NCBI GenBank assembly: GCA_963733035.1
Contig: CAVTBU010000005.1
Span: forward strand, 224,001 to 288,000
Length of the DNA stretch: 64,000 nt
Reading direction: 5' to 3'
DNA from: Pirellulales bacterium
GTDB taxonomy: Bacteria; Planctomycetota; Planctomycetia; Pirellulales; PALSA-1355
Part shown: in pieces, positions 21,015 through 31,960 of the stretch
Position numbering within the stretch: the stretch's first letter is position 1
How the letters are laid out: every line of letters begins with the position of its first letter
The notes under the pieces: model-generated
What the model was told of the DNA's origin: nothing
What the model saw: only the letters and a program-made list of their open reading frames with translations
Databases searched by the model: none
Made by a program: the position numbers and the translations under genes

Positions 21015-21593
21015 CTATCGCTTCGCTGACACCCGCATGCGTGCGACGCGTTTCGGCTTGCCGTGTGCGGCCAATCCGCACTGTTCGAGGGCCAGTAGCC
21101 GTCGCTTGGTTTGCACGCCGTTGGGTCCGCCATAGCTACCAGGGCTCCCGTTTGAATTGATAACGCGATGACACGGCACGATCAGCCCAAAACGATTTTG
21201 GGCCATCGTGCTACCCACAGCCCGTGCCGCCCTGGGCGAACCAGCCCGGGCCGCCAGTTCGCCGTAGCTGCGGGTGCTACCGTAGGGAATCGCCCGGCAG
21301 TGCCTCACGACTTGGCGTTGAAACGGAGCCAGGTGATCCATGTCGATCGGCACGTCGCAAAAATCCACCGGTCGACCTGCCGCAAAATCCTGTAAGCGCT
21401 CAACGAGCCATTGCCAGCTATCAACTCCACTTGCCTGTTGCACAAACGAAACATCGAGGGCGGCCATTGCCGCTGCCGCACTGGGATGCGCCAAGACGAC
21501 TTTCATGACCTTCCTTGCCGAAGCCATCAGCGCCATCCAGCCCAAGTCGCTCGGAAACGCCGCGATCTCAAAAGAGTCGTTGTGGACCGACAT
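21015..21593 (-). CDS. ogt: Methylated-DNA--protein-cysteine methyltransferase
   Basis: FQRQV...IPYGSTRSYGELA...ARAVG...IVPCHRVI...K..LLALE. Confidence 0.95.
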   Translation of the reverse strand: MSVHNDSFEIAAFPSDLGWMALMASARKVMKVVLAHPSAAAAMAALDVSFVQQASGVDSWQWLVERLQDFAAGRPVDFCDVPIDMDHLAPFQRQVVRHCRAIPYGSTRSYGELAARAGSPRAARAVGSTMAQNRFGLIVPCHRVINSNGSPGSYGGPNGVQTKRRLLALEQCGLAAHGKPKRVARMRVSAKR

Positions 21594-21763
21594 GGCACTT
21601 TCTCGCTGGGATTCGAACGTTTCGCAATCGGCCGGCTACGGTGGCTCACTGATGCGCTTTGACGCTCTCGCTGGGCCATTCTATACTGGTCGAGGATAGT
21701 CGCAACGAGTGCATCCTGGGTTGTGGCACCGATGAGGGGACGCGACATTCAAGGGGATTCTTG

Positions 21764-22507
21764 ATGAGTCGATATAGTTCATTGAGTGACGACTTCTACG
21801 TCAACATGAACCTCAGTACCGAGATGGACCTCCCGACCGGCCGGGAATCGATCCTGCACTTCTTCGAACGATTGCAAAAACAGTTCCCCACGATGCGGCA
21901 CTTCTACAACCGCGAAAAGGGGGACTTCATTCTCGAAGAAGACAAGGAACAGGGCCACTACCGCTGGAGCACGATCGAAGCACGCCGGCTTTGCTCGGGT
22001 TACGTCAACCCGCAGAGCGTCGACGAGGCTCTTGAGCAGCATCGCCTCGTGCTCGAACTGGCCCCCTATATGCTTTCGCTGAGCCCCATCGATTGCGAGG
22101 CGATCGATCTGTTGTTTGGCTTCGATTTCACCTATCGGGGCAATCACAACCAACTCGTGGCCGAAGTCCTAGGCGTCAGCCCCGCGCTCGAAAAACTGGT
22201 CGACGTACCCGGGGCCACGGTTGTCAGCTGCGAGCCGACAATTACCTTGGCCCTTGACGAAGATTGCCGGATGCAGTGCCGCTTCAGCATTGAAAACCGC
22301 ACCAACGCCTACCAGATTCGCACTGGCGAGTTTCCCGAAGAACAACTCAGCGTATACGTCACCGCGCGGCGCTACGGCGGACTCGGCCCCGATCAAAGCT
22401 ACGTGCAGGTGCTCGAAAGCCTCCGCAATGTCTGCTGCGAAATGGTCGACAACTACGTCGCCGAGAACATTCTCCAGCCGCTCGCGCGAGCCATCGCCGC
22501 CAACTAG
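21764..22507 (+). CDS. Hypothetical cytoplasmic protein
   Basis: Long acidic ORF with typical coding bias; AAGGGG RBS before ATG 21764. Confidence 0.8.
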   Translation: MSRYSSLSDDFYVNMNLSTEMDLPTGRESILHFFERLQKQFPTMRHFYNREKGDFILEEDKEQGHYRWSTIEARRLCSGYVNPQSVDEALEQHRLVLELAPYMLSLSPIDCEAIDLLFGFDFTYRGNHNQLVAEVLGVSPALEKLVDVPGATVVSCEPTITLALDEDCRMQCRFSIENRTNAYQIRTGEFPEEQLSVYVTARRYGGLGPDQSYVQVLESLRNVCCEMVDNYVAENILQPLARAIAAN

Positions 22508-22611
22508 GCGGTACCGCCGAAAGCCCAGTCCTGCCCCGTGACGCGGACGAAACTTCACTGCGCGGCGGCATGGAAGAGCGTTGCCCATGTCGTACCCGTA
22601 CGGTTAAGCTG

Positions 22612-23994
22612 ATGGTCATGCATGATCTCGGCACCATCCACCGCCGCAAGGCGCTGCAAATCGGCGGCCTGGGCTTGTTTGGCCTGACGATGCCGACCTT
22701 TTTGCAGGGCGCCACGCCAACGCCGCGAATCAGCCCCCGAGCCAAGTCGGTCATCTTTCTCTACCAGTTCGGAGGACCTAGCCACCTGGATACGTTCGAT
22801 CTGAAGCTCGACGCGCCCGACGGCATCCGGTCACCGCTTGGTTCAATTGCCACGACGATGCCGGGCCTGCGAATTTGCGAGCTGCTGCCCAAGACATCGA
22901 AGGTGATGGACAAGGTGACGCTCGTTCATGGCGTGCACCATCCGATGAAGAACCATAATTCGGCCTCGTACTATGCACTAACCGGTCACGAGCCGCCGGT
23001 CGACGATATTCGGTTGCAAGACACCAACACCCTGTTTCCCGCTTACGGCAGCATCATCGACCGCTTTGTACCTGGGCCAATCCCGAACACACTGCCAAAG
23101 TTTGTCGCCTTCCCGTACGTAATTCGTGACGGTTCGATCACGCCGGGACAACGCGCCACGTTTCTCGGTAAGAATCACGACCCGCTACTGGTGACCGACG
23201 ATCCGGCCAAGCCGAACTTTCACCTGCCCGAACTGACACTGCCGTCGGGGATTTCAAGCGATCGGCTGGCTCATCGCCGCTCGATGCAACAACTCGTCAA
23301 CCAGCAGGTGGCTTGGCTCGATTGCACGGCCGAGGCCCAAGGTCTGGATGCCTATTACGAGCGGGCGCTCGCCATGCTCACGTCGTCACAAGTCCGCGAG
23401 GCGTTCGATTTGTCGGCCGAGCCCGACTCCCTACGCGACCGCTACGGCCACACCACCTATGGGCAAAGCTGCCTGCTTGCTCGCCGACTGGTTGAGTCGG
23501 GCGTTAAGTTTGTGAACGTGTACTTTTCGAGCAACATTGGCGGCCGCAGCAAGACGAGCGGCGGCTGGGACACACACGGATTCGACGGCAGCCGGATGTA
23601 CGAGATTCTCCCAGCATGGCAACTTCCACAAACCGACAAGACGCTGCCTACGCTGTTAACTGACCTCGACGATCGCGGCTTGCTCGACGAAACACTGGTC
23701 GTCTGGATGGGTGAGTTTGGCCGCACGCCGCGAATCAATAAGAACTCAAGTCGCGACCATTGGCCCAGTTGTTACACGGTTCTGTTGGCCGGTGGTGGCG
23801 TGAAGCGAGGTTTCCGCTACGGGCAGTCCGATCGCTACGGCGCCCATCCCGCCTCGGGAGCCGTGCGACCTGACGATCTGGCTGCCACGATCTTCGCCCT
23901 GATGGGAATCGACCCACGCACGGAAATGCACGATACGCTGGGACGTCCGCTACCCGTTTCGCGCGGACAGGTCATCGACGGCGTGATTGCATGA
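22612..23994 (+). CDS. DUF1501 domain protein
   Basis: RRKALQIG, AKSVIFLYQFGGPSHLDTFD, ARRLVESGV, GWDTH, GEFGRTP, RDHW. Confidence 0.92.
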   Translation: MVMHDLGTIHRRKALQIGGLGLFGLTMPTFLQGATPTPRISPRAKSVIFLYQFGGPSHLDTFDLKLDAPDGIRSPLGSIATTMPGLRICELLPKTSKVMDKVTLVHGVHHPMKNHNSASYYALTGHEPPVDDIRLQDTNTLFPAYGSIIDRFVPGPIPNTLPKFVAFPYVIRDGSITPGQRATFLGKNHDPLLVTDDPAKPNFHLPELTLPSGISSDRLAHRRSMQQLVNQQVAWLDCTAEAQGLDAYYERALAMLTSSQVREAFDLSAEPDSLRDRYGHTTYGQSCLLARRLVESGVKFVNVYFSSNIGGRSKTSGGWDTHGFDGSRMYEILPAWQLPQTDKTLPTLLTDLDDRGLLDETLVVWMGEFGRTPRINKNSSRDHWPSCYTVLLAGGGVKRGFRYGQSDRYGAHPASGAVRPDDLAATIFALMGIDPRTEMHDTLGRPLPVSRGQVIDGVIA

Positions 23995-24041
23995 CGGATT
24001 GGCGACGCCGAACGTTTCCCAGCCGCGGCATTCCCGGGACT

Positions 24042-25703
24042 TTAAGGGTTTGGCGCTCGAGTGTTGGATTCGGCATCCACCGCGTCGCGTGCCGCCAGTA
24101 CGTGCTTGACGACGGAAGCCATGCGGCTTTCATCAGCAAACGGCGAGAGCACGTAAGACTTAAGCGCCACGATCGGATCTCCGACGTCGCTGTGCCGGTA
24201 GCAGTCGGTCAGCGAGATGGCCACTCCCTTGCCCGTCAGTGCTTCTTCATGCACGCGCTCGAATACGCGATGGTTGTATTGGTTGTGGGCCAGCAATTGC
24301 GTGCGATACTGGCGGTCGCTCCGTTCGCGCTCCTTGACGTCGAAGGTGTCGACCCCGTTTGGGTACACCCGAAACAGCGTTACGGGGCCGACGTTTTCGC
24401 CGTTGAGCACGGTCAGGTTGGGATGCGATTCGATTCGTTCGCGTAGGACTTCGGCCATTTCCACCGCGTGACCGAGCAGCGTACGATAGCCTTCCTTGCC
24501 GAGCAACAACAGGTTTGCCAGCGCCGCCATCGGGCCGATGCCGCTACGAGTCGTTTCGAGCGTATACATGCCCGGGTGATGCTCGCCCGACTGATAGAGA
24601 TAGGGCATCGTCTCGCGACTACGGGCGATCAGATTGAAGTCTCGCGCGTCGCGAAACAGCACCAGCGACGAACTGTATGGCGTGTAGCCGGTCTTGTGGA
24701 AATCCACGCCCAGCGAATCGGCCAGATGCAAATGCCCGATGTCGTGCTGCGCTGCGGCCAGGGCACGCACCGTTCGGCCGCGAAACTCGAGCGGGTTGGC
24801 CTCGAAGTCATAGTCATTGAACACGCTCCAGGCCCAACCGATCACGGCGTCGGCGTGCAGATGCGGCAGGTACGGGAGGGAATGCTTGTCGGCCAGGCGG
24901 CGGCGCACGGCATCGATCGAGCGCAAGTCATCAATGCCGAATGCGTCGGTGGTGCCCATGGTGGCCACAATCGCGGCGATCCTCTTGCCCGATTCCAACA
25001 CGCGCTCGAGCGTTTCCTCGAAAGCCGACAATTGCATTGAGTTGTCGAGGTGCGTCGGCACCAGCACGACGTTGTCCTGCCCGAGGCCCAACCAATTGGA
25101 AATGTTCAGACAGGAATAGTGGCTCTGCTCCGACGCGATGATCACGGCGTCTTCACGCACACCGTGCTGTCCGGCCCCAGGCAGGGCCTTTTCGAGGCCG
25201 ACCTTTGCGCCGTACAGTAGCGTGCCGGTGCCGCCGAACGTGAACACACCGCCGCTCCGCTGGGGATCGTAGCCGACCAGTTCGGCCGTCATCGCCGTGG
25301 CCCGCACTTCGGCCTCGGCGAATCGTCGGGCGCTTTCGTCGCTGCACAGGTTCGGGTTGTAGAGCAGCGGCAAAAGCACACCAATCACACTGGCCAGCGT
25401 CGGATTCGGAATCACGTTAATCTGGCTCCGTGGATGCCCCCAGATAGGCATTCCCTGCAGATAACTCACCAGTTCGGGAATAACCGCCTCCAACGAACGA
25501 CCGTGCTCGTCGACGCGCTGGGCGCGTGCCTTGGCGTAGTCTGGCTCATACGGAGAGCCGAGCATCGGAGCCTGCGACTTGAGCGCGTCGACCTGGTCGA
25601 GCGCCCGGAGCATCGAAAACACCACGTAGCCGTCGTGAACCGGATCAGAAACCGGCTGCGGAAAGGCCTTTCGCAGGGTTTCGAGCAACTCGTGATAGTG
25701 CAC
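24042..25703 (-). CDS. Group II pyridoxal-phosphate-dependent decarboxylase
   Basis: FTFGGT, SHYS, ATMGTT, HADA, DSLGVDFHKTG (PLP lysine); GTG start with GAGG RBS. Confidence 0.9.
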   Translation of the reverse strand: MHYHELLETLRKAFPQPVSDPVHDGYVVFSMLRALDQVDALKSQAPMLGSPYEPDYAKARAQRVDEHGRSLEAVIPELVSYLQGMPIWGHPRSQINVIPNPTLASVIGVLLPLLYNPNLCSDESARRFAEAEVRATAMTAELVGYDPQRSGGVFTFGGTGTLLYGAKVGLEKALPGAGQHGVREDAVIIASEQSHYSCLNISNWLGLGQDNVVLVPTHLDNSMQLSAFEETLERVLESGKRIAAIVATMGTTDAFGIDDLRSIDAVRRRLADKHSLPYLPHLHADAVIGWAWSVFNDYDFEANPLEFRGRTVRALAAAQHDIGHLHLADSLGVDFHKTGYTPYSSSLVLFRDARDFNLIARSRETMPYLYQSGEHHPGMYTLETTRSGIGPMAALANLLLLGKEGYRTLLGHAVEMAEVLRERIESHPNLTVLNGENVGPVTLFRVYPNGVDTFDVKERERSDRQYRTQLLAHNQYNHRVFERVHEEALTGKGVAISLTDCYRHSDVGDPIVALKSYVLSPFADESRMASVVKHVLAARDAVDAESNTRAPNP

Positions 25704-25730
25704 GTGAGCCTCGGAGGTTGCCTGGGCGGT

Positions 25731-26753
25731 TTACGCGGCCTGGCGTCGTTGCCTGAATTGATCGACGGTTACCGCCACGATGATGATACAGCCGATAATG
25801 ATTTCCTGAATCGGGTTGGGAAGCCGCAACGAAGTGCAGCCGCTGGAAATTACTTGCATGATCAGCGCCCCGGTCAAGGTTCCCAGGATCGAACCACGGC
25901 CGCCGCTGAGACTTCCTCCGCCAATAACCACGGCGGCGATAATGGGCAGTTCCTTTCCAGTACCGGACGTGGGGTCGCCGACGGTTAGTCGTGTGAACTG
26001 ATAGAGCCCTGCCACACCGACAAAGAAACCCGCGATCGTATAGACCGAGATCCGAGTCAGTGGCACGTTGATGCCGCACAGCCGGGCCGTGGCTTCGTTC
26101 GAGCCGACCGCGAATACGTGTCTGCCAAATACCGAGTAGCGCAGCACGCAGGCCACCAAGATTGCCAGCGCCACGAGCAACCACACTCCCGGTGCGAAGA
26201 CCATCCACTCGTATTCGACTCGCGGACTCAATAGCGATTTCATCCACTCAGGCACTTGTGCCGGCAGGGGCCGAACCATCGTGTTGCTTCCGATGATCTT
26301 GGCTAGCCCCAGATAGATCGTCATCGTACCTAACGTCACGATGAACGGCACGATGCGCAACAAGCTGATCAACAAGCCATTGGCACAACCACACAAGCAA
26401 CCGACGGCAATTCCACCGGCGACGCACACGGCCGGTGAGTACTGCTCTCGCAGGAACCAGGCTAATGCCGTGGCACTGAGCGCCATTGCCGTGCCGGCTG
26501 AGAGATCAATACCGCCAGAAATGATAATCATTGTCATGCCCAGCGCGGCCACGCCCACGGTGGCCGACTGCACGAGCACGTTTTGAGCGTTTCGCAACGT
26601 GGCGAATCGTCCGCCGTCGGTTTGCATCGAGTCCGCCACGGCGAATATGCCCACCACCAGCACCAGCGCCAAAAAGGGCCCGAGCACCGTGCGAATCCAC
26701 TCGCCACTGCGGCGCACGAGGAGTGTGTTTGGATCACTGTTCGTCGCATTCAT
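25731..26753 (-). CDS. Sugar ABC transporter permease (RbsC-like)
   Basis: [51 protein letters not shown]. Confidence 0.95.
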   Translation of the reverse strand: MNATNSDPNTLLVRRSGEWIRTVLGPFLALVLVVGIFAVADSMQTDGGRFATLRNAQNVLVQSATVGVAALGMTMIIISGGIDLSAGTAMALSATALAWFLREQYSPAVCVAGGIAVGCLCGCANGLLISLLRIVPFIVTLGTMTIYLGLAKIIGSNTMVRPLPAQVPEWMKSLLSPRVEYEWMVFAPGVWLLVALAILVACVLRYSVFGRHVFAVGSNEATARLCGINVPLTRISVYTIAGFFVGVAGLYQFTRLTVGDPTSGTGKELPIIAAVVIGGGSLSGGRGSILGTLTGALIMQVISSGCTSLRLPNPIQEIIIGCIIIVAVTVDQFRQRRQAA

Positions 26754-28246
26754 TTCGGCCCGTCCACGCCCAAGGCACAACTGAGAATGGTCTCGGAGTT
26801 CCAGTCTTTCGCCGCGCGAATCTCGCGCAGCTCTCCCCGGGCCATCACGCCGACGCGATCACACACCGCTAGCAATTCAGTAAAATACGAGCTGACGAAG
26901 ATCACGGCCTTGCCCTCGGCAGCCAGCGATGCCATCAAGCGGTAGATCTCCGATTTCGTGCCGACGTCGATGCCTCGCGTCGGCTCGTCGAGCAACAAGA
27001 CGTCGGCGTCCTGGTGCAGCACGCGAGCCAACGCCACCTTTTGCTGATTGCCGCCTGAAAGTTGTTCGACAAGTTGCTCGCTCGAGCGTGCCTTGACATT
27101 GAGCCGTTCCATCCAGTGCTCCACAACTCCTCTGCGACGCCGCAAGTTGAGCCAGCCAAAGCGACTGTAGGGTGACAGCCGGCTGTAGGTCACATTGTCG
27201 GCAATTGTCTCTCGTTGCGCGAGTCCTTCCGCCTTGCGATCTTCCGAGACGAGACCCAACCCGGCACGAATCCGCGCCCTCGGAGTCGACCGTGAAAGCA
27301 GCGCTCCGACGCGCACCCGGCCGTGCCGAACCGGATCGAGTCCCATCAGGCAGCGCAGCAGCTCGGTGCGCCCCGACCCCACGAGTCCGGCCAGCCCGAG
27401 GATTTCGCCGCGACGCAATTCCAACGAAGCGTCGCGCGGTGCGAGTCTTCCGCTCAATCGTTCGAGCGACAATAGCACGTCGCCGGCCGAATGTGGCACG
27501 GTGGGAAACAATTCGTCCACTTTCCGTCCGACCATGAGCGAGACAATGTCCGCCTCGCTGGCGCCGGCGAGCGTTCCGCTGCCGGCCACGGTACCGTCGC
27601 GCAACACGACGAACCGATCGGCAATACGGCGGATCTCCTCGAGAAAGTGGCTGATGTAAATGATGGCGATGCCCGATTGCTGCAGCCGTTCGATGGCCCG
27701 AAAGAGATTCTCCACGTCGTGCTGCGTGAGCGAACTGGTGGGCTCGTCGAACACGATCACCTTGGCATCGATCACCAGCGCCCGGGCGATCTCCACAACC
27801 TGCTGATCGGCAATCGAGAGTTGGCTTACCGGCACGTCGAGAGGCAGATCGGCCCGATCGAGTTGCTTGAGCGCTGCCAGAACTTTTGCACGATGCTCGC
27901 TTTGCTTCACCAGGCCGAAACGGCTCACTTCCTGGCCAAGCATCACGTTTTCGACCACGTTCAGGTCACCGGCCAGATTCAGCTCTTGATAAATCATGGC
28001 CACTCCAGCCAGACGCGCCGCGTGCGGGCCCCTTGGTGCATAGTGGCGACCGGCCAATTCCATGCGGCCTCGATCGGGACTGACGGCGCCGCTGAGAATC
28101 TTCATGAGCGTGCTCTTGCCGGCACCGTTTTCGCCAATCAGCGCTAACACTTCCCCCCCACCAGCGTCCAGGGAGACGTCGGACAGCGCCCGGGTGGCAC
28201 CAAAGTTTTTGCTCACCTCCGACATTCGCAACAGCGCCACGGCCAT
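26750..28246 (-). CDS. Sugar ABC transporter ATP-binding protein (RbsA-like)
   Basis: [41 protein letters not shown]. Confidence 0.96.
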   Translation of the reverse strand: MAVALLRMSEVSKNFGATRALSDVSLDAGGGEVLALIGENGAGKSTLMKILSGAVSPDRGRMELAGRHYAPRGPHAARLAGVAMIYQELNLAGDLNVVENVMLGQEVSRFGLVKQSEHRAKVLAALKQLDRADLPLDVPVSQLSIADQQVVEIARALVIDAKVIVFDEPTSSLTQHDVENLFRAIERLQQSGIAIIYISHFLEEIRRIADRFVVLRDGTVAGSGTLAGASEADIVSLMVGRKVDELFPTVPHSAGDVLLSLERLSGRLAPRDASLELRRGEILGLAGLVGSGRTELLRCLMGLDPVRHGRVRVGALLSRSTPRARIRAGLGLVSEDRKAEGLAQRETIADNVTYSRLSPYSRFGWLNLRRRRGVVEHWMERLNVKARSSEQLVEQLSGGNQQKVALARVLHQDADVLLLDEPTRGIDVGTKSEIYRLMASLAAEGKAVIFVSSYFTELLAVCDRVGVMARGELREIRAAKDWNSETILSCALGVDGPK

Positions 28247-28260
28247 GGACAGGGAAGCCG

Positions 28261-29262
28261 TCAGTCGGCTTGTTGGGGGTTGAGCAACTTTTGAATCTCG
28301 GGCCTATCCATGTTCTCGGGCGTGGCCAGGGCTTCGCCCGTCGGAATCCGCTTCTCGACCTGCTTGCCGTGCAGATGTTCGACAACCGCCTTCACCCCCA
28401 GATAGCCCATTGCCACCGGATCTTGCAGCACGAGGCCGTGGATCTTCTTCTCGCGCATCGCTTCGATCAGATGCGGGCTCGGATCAAACCCGACAAAGAC
28501 CACCTTGCCGGCTAGCCCCTCCTGTTCGAGTGCGCCGAGCGCGCCGACGGTATCGGGCTCGCAAACAGCAAAAAACGCATCCATCCGGTCGCCGAACTGA
28601 TTGCAGAGCTCCAGGGCCTTATTTTGTGCCGAGAGAGCGGTGGTGCCCGAGTATTGATCGTCGGAGAGCATGACGATATCGGGAAACTCTTTCTCGATCG
28701 TATCGAGAAAGCCCTGTTCACGCTGTTCGGTACTTTCGCTGCCAACGTTATACCGGAGCAGGATGGCGTTGCCTTTGCCACTGAGGCGCTTGCCGATTTC
28801 GCGAGCGGCTAGCACGCCACCGTTGTAGTTGTCGGTGGCGACGTAGCTGACGATCGCCGATTCGTCGGCAAGCCCGCTGTCGAAGATAACCGTGGGAATG
28901 CCGGCGGCCTGGGCATCGCGCACCGAAGGAATCAAGGCCATCGAGTCCAGCGGCGCGAGCACGATGCCGTCGACTCCCTGAGCCACGAAATCCGCAATGA
29001 CGTTGATCTGGCCCTCGCGGTCGTTCTCAAGCAGTGCCCCTTTCCAGTGGATCTCGACAGGAATGCCGGCATCGGAAAACTCCTGCGCGGCCTGCAGTGC
29101 CCCGGCATGCACGGATTTCCAGAAAACGTGGGTGGTGCCCTTGGGAATGACGGCGATGCGATAGCCCGGCGCGGCGTCTCCGACTCTGCCGGCATCGCCC
29201 CTGGAGTTGCACCCGCTGCATGCCAGGCAGACAAGCGAGGCAACCAACACAAAGTGCTGCAT
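28261..29262 (-). CDS. Sugar ABC transporter substrate-binding lipoprotein (RbsB-like)
   Basis: Lipobox CSGC, IAVIPKGTTHVFWKSVHAGA, ATDNYNGG, VGFD, QDP..MGY. Confidence 0.93.
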   Translation of the reverse strand: MQHFVLVASLVCLACSGCNSRGDAGRVGDAAPGYRIAVIPKGTTHVFWKSVHAGALQAAQEFSDAGIPVEIHWKGALLENDREGQINVIADFVAQGVDGIVLAPLDSMALIPSVRDAQAAGIPTVIFDSGLADESAIVSYVATDNYNGGVLAAREIGKRLSGKGNAILLRYNVGSESTEQREQGFLDTIEKEFPDIVMLSDDQYSGTTALSAQNKALELCNQFGDRMDAFFAVCEPDTVGALGALEQEGLAGKVVFVGFDPSPHLIEAMREKKIHGLVLQDPVAMGYLGVKAVVEHLHGKQVEKRIPTGEALATPENMDRPEIQKLLNPQQAD

Positions 29263-29340
29263 GCGAGAATCCCCCGTCACGGATCGTGGCACGAACTGTC
29301 CCGAGATGGCCATACCGCGGGACGACGCTGAAAATGGTTG

Positions 29341-30462
29341 TCAGGTTCGGCGTTGTCCATTGCCGCGCGAACCGCGACCGCCCCTACCCCGCCCGCGTCC
29401 GCCGCGCGGCGGAGCGGATTTGGGATTCTTGGCCCGTGCGTCCATATTCACCGCGATGATATGACCGATGGCGTCGTCCCAAGAGGGGATCGCCCGATGG
29501 CTGTTCTTGTCGTTCGCGCCGGCCGAAGATTCGTCGTCACTCTCACTCTCACTCTCGCCAGCCGACACGCCGACCAGTTCCTGCTCTTGTTCGTCTTCGA
29601 TGGCTCCTAATGCATCACTCTCGCCTTCCGCCTCGTCGACGTCGGACAACTCGGCAGTTTCTCTCTTACGTCCCCGGCCCGAACCCCGACGACGGCGGCG
29701 GCGGCGTTTGCGGTCGCGCAGTTCAGCGTCCGATTCCTCGGCCGTCTCGGCGGCCGCGCTCTCGGACGACGACTCCAAGTCGTCAAAGGTGTCGATGTCG
29801 GCCAGCGGATCGACGTCCAGTTCAGGTGGCACAAGCGGCATTTCTTCCGCGTCGTCGGAGAGCCCTTCCCGCTGGCTTACATCCGATTCAGAAGTCTCTG
29901 AAGATTCGCGGTCTCGATCACGACGCGAGCGGCGGCCCCCGCGGCGGCGGCGACGGCGGCGGCGGCCAGGGCGTTCCTCCCCCTCTTCGCCTTGTTCGGC
30001 CCGTTCGGAGTCGGTCGATTCGATCAATTCGGTATCGACAACTCCCTCCTCGACGTAGGCGTCTTCCACTTCGCCTTCCACGTTGGCCGCTATGGTTTCA
30101 GTTTCATCCGCCCACGCTTCTATCTCGTGGACGACTTCGATTTCCGCCGATTCAAACTCCTTGCTACGCGGAGGCTCCGACTTGACGGTGCCTGAGCGCG
30201 GCGCGGGAATGGTCTTGGCCGCCGATTCTGATGGTCGCGGCGCGGCACGCGTGGGTGGTTCGATTGGTTCGATGCCCAGTTCATTTGCAAGCTGCGACCA
30301 GTCGGCGGCTGGACGAGAAGGAGCCGGTTTTTTTGCATGCGGTGCCACAGGACGCGGCGGAGGCGGGCTCGGAGCCGACGGTTTCTGCTCGGCAACGGGT
30401 TCGGCCGGAACGTCCGCTCCAAGCGACGACGCCAGGGAGTTCCAATGTTCGGAGCTGCTCAT
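29341..30462 (-). CDS. Intrinsically disordered acidic/Arg-rich hypothetical protein
   Basis: Pro-rich then Glu/Asp-rich tracts, two poly-Arg blocks, RGG tail, short structured-looking motifs. Confidence 0.75.
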   Translation of the reverse strand: MSSSEHWNSLASSLGADVPAEPVAEQKPSAPSPPPPRPVAPHAKKPAPSRPAADWSQLANELGIEPIEPPTRAAPRPSESAAKTIPAPRSGTVKSEPPRSKEFESAEIEVVHEIEAWADETETIAANVEGEVEDAYVEEGVVDTELIESTDSERAEQGEEGEERPGRRRRRRRRGGRRSRRDRDRESSETSESDVSQREGLSDDAEEMPLVPPELDVDPLADIDTFDDLESSSESAAAETAEESDAELRDRKRRRRRRRGSGRGRKRETAELSDVDEAEGESDALGAIEDEQEQELVGVSAGESESESDDESSAGANDKNSHRAIPSWDDAIGHIIAVNMDARAKNPKSAPPRGGRGRGRGGRGSRGNGQRRT

Positions 30463-30685
30463 AAACTTTCGCAAAGATGAAGGGTTCGGTTGGCAGAACG
30501 GCCCGTCGCCAAGCCGCTGGCGGCGCCCAGATTCTTCAGTATAAAGCTTAGTCCGAAGGCTGGAAAGCCATGGCCAGGACCAGAAAAACGTCTCTGGTTT
30601 GGTCTGTCCAGCAGTCGCCTCCTACAATTCCCCAGGGCTCGGCATTCGATCGAGCACGCTTCGCTCACCAATTCCGCAAGGTGCC

Positions 30686-31960
30686 ATGATGGCCGTCAAG
30701 CGACCAGCCGCAGACCAAGCGACCCTCGAGTTTGTCGAAGAAGTCCAGATCTCGGGTCACATTATCGACAGTCTGATCCTGCCAAAAGTGCTCGATCTGA
30801 TCACGGCGGCCGGCGGCAACTTTCAGATGAAGAAAATCACGATCGGCCAAGGACGGCACGATCCGAGCTTCGCGGTGATCGAAGTGAGCGCGCCCAGCGC
30901 CGAATTGTTGTCCGACATTCTGGGGCAGATCTACGATCACGGCGCCGTCCCCACAGCGCAACAGGACTGCCAGCTCGTCGCGGCCGACATGGACGGTGCC
31001 TTTCCGGAAGGGTTCTACAGTTCCACCAATCAGCGCACCGAAGTTCGCATCGGCGGACAATGGGTCGAAGTCGCCGACCAGGAAATGGACTGCGGCGTCA
31101 AGGTCGACCCGAGCGAACCATCTGCTCGATGCATACCGATGTGCGAGGTGAAGACCGGCACACAGTGGGTGGTCGGTCACGGCGGCGTGCGTGTCTTTCC
31201 ACCCGAGCGCTCGACTGAACGGCAAAGCTTCGAGTTCATGTCCAGCGGTGTGTCGACGGAAAAACCCAAGGGCGTTGCCATTCGCCAGATTGCGCAAGAG
31301 CTTTACAAGGGCCGCAAGCAAGGCGACAAGAGTCTATTTGTCGGAGGGCCAGCGATCGTTCATACCGGCAGCGACGAGCACCTTTGTCGATTAATCCGCG
31401 GTGGCTACGTCGACCTACTGTTTGCGGGCAACGCATTGGCCACGCACGATATCGAACAGGCTTTGTTCGGCACCAGTCTGGGCGTGCACCTGGATCGCGG
31501 CGACGTCGTCGAGGCCGGCCACGAACACCACTTGCGGGCCATAAACCGCATTCGACGCGCCGGAGGCATTCGCCAGGCCGTGGCCACGGGGCTGCTCACC
31601 TCGGGCATCATGTATGAATGCGTGCAACACGACGTCGACTTTCTGCTCGCCGGCAGCATCCGCGACGATGGCCCACTGCCCGAAGTAATCACGGACGTGC
31701 TCGATGCTCAAACGCAAATGCGGCAGAAGGTGCGCGGCGTGACTTTCTGCCTGATGATCGCCACGACGTTGCATTCGATCGCCGTGGGCAATCTGCTGCC
31801 AGCCTGGGTCAAAGTGGTGTGCGTCGACATCAACCCGTCGACGGTGATCAAGCTGAGCGACCGCGGCTCGTTTCAAACCGTCGGGCTAGTGACCGATGTG
31901 GAGCCCTTCTTGCGGGCCCTGGTCTTGGAACTCGAGTCCTTGGAGCGGGGCGCGTCATGA
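30686..31960 (+). CDS. TIGR00300 / LOR-SDH family protein (ornithine cyclodeaminase-like, C-terminal module of ArgZ/AgrE)
   Basis: GHIIDS, FYSSTN, EMDC, FEFMSSGVSTEK, GGPAIVHTG, GNALATHDIE, LAGSIRDDGPLP, KLSDRGS. Confidence 0.9.
   Translation: MMAVKRPAADQATLEFVEEVQISGHIIDSLILPKVLDLITAAGGNFQMKKITIGQGRHDPSFAVIEVSAPSAELLSDILGQIYDHGAVPTAQQDCQLVAADMDGAFPEGFYSSTNQRTEVRIGGQWVEVADQEMDCGVKVDPSEPSARCIPMCEVKTGTQWVVGHGGVRVFPPERSTERQSFEFMSSGVSTEKPKGVAIRQIAQELYKGRKQGDKSLFVGGPAIVHTGSDEHLCRLIRGGYVDLLFAGNALATHDIEQALFGTSLGVHLDRGDVVEAGHEHHLRAINRIRRAGGIRQAVATGLLTSGIMYECVQHDVDFLLAGSIRDDGPLPEVITDVLDAQTQMRQKVRGVTFCLMIATTLHSIAVGNLLPAWVKVVCVDINPSTVIKLSDRGSFQTVGLVTDVEPFLRALVLELESLERGAS

Noticed and set aside
24042..25703. 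Assigning the decarboxylase as MfnA (methanofuran tyrosine decarboxylase)
   Set aside because: It is more than 20 kb from the methanopterin operon and shows no feature specific enough to support the call.
29690..29970. CGG/GCG trinucleotide runs as a DNA repeat element
   Set aside because: They encode the poly-Arg tracts of the disordered protein.
31618..31956. N-terminal extension of the 409-aa ORF
   Set aside because: It overlaps the upstream gene out of frame; the ATGA overlap at 31957 gives the natural start.
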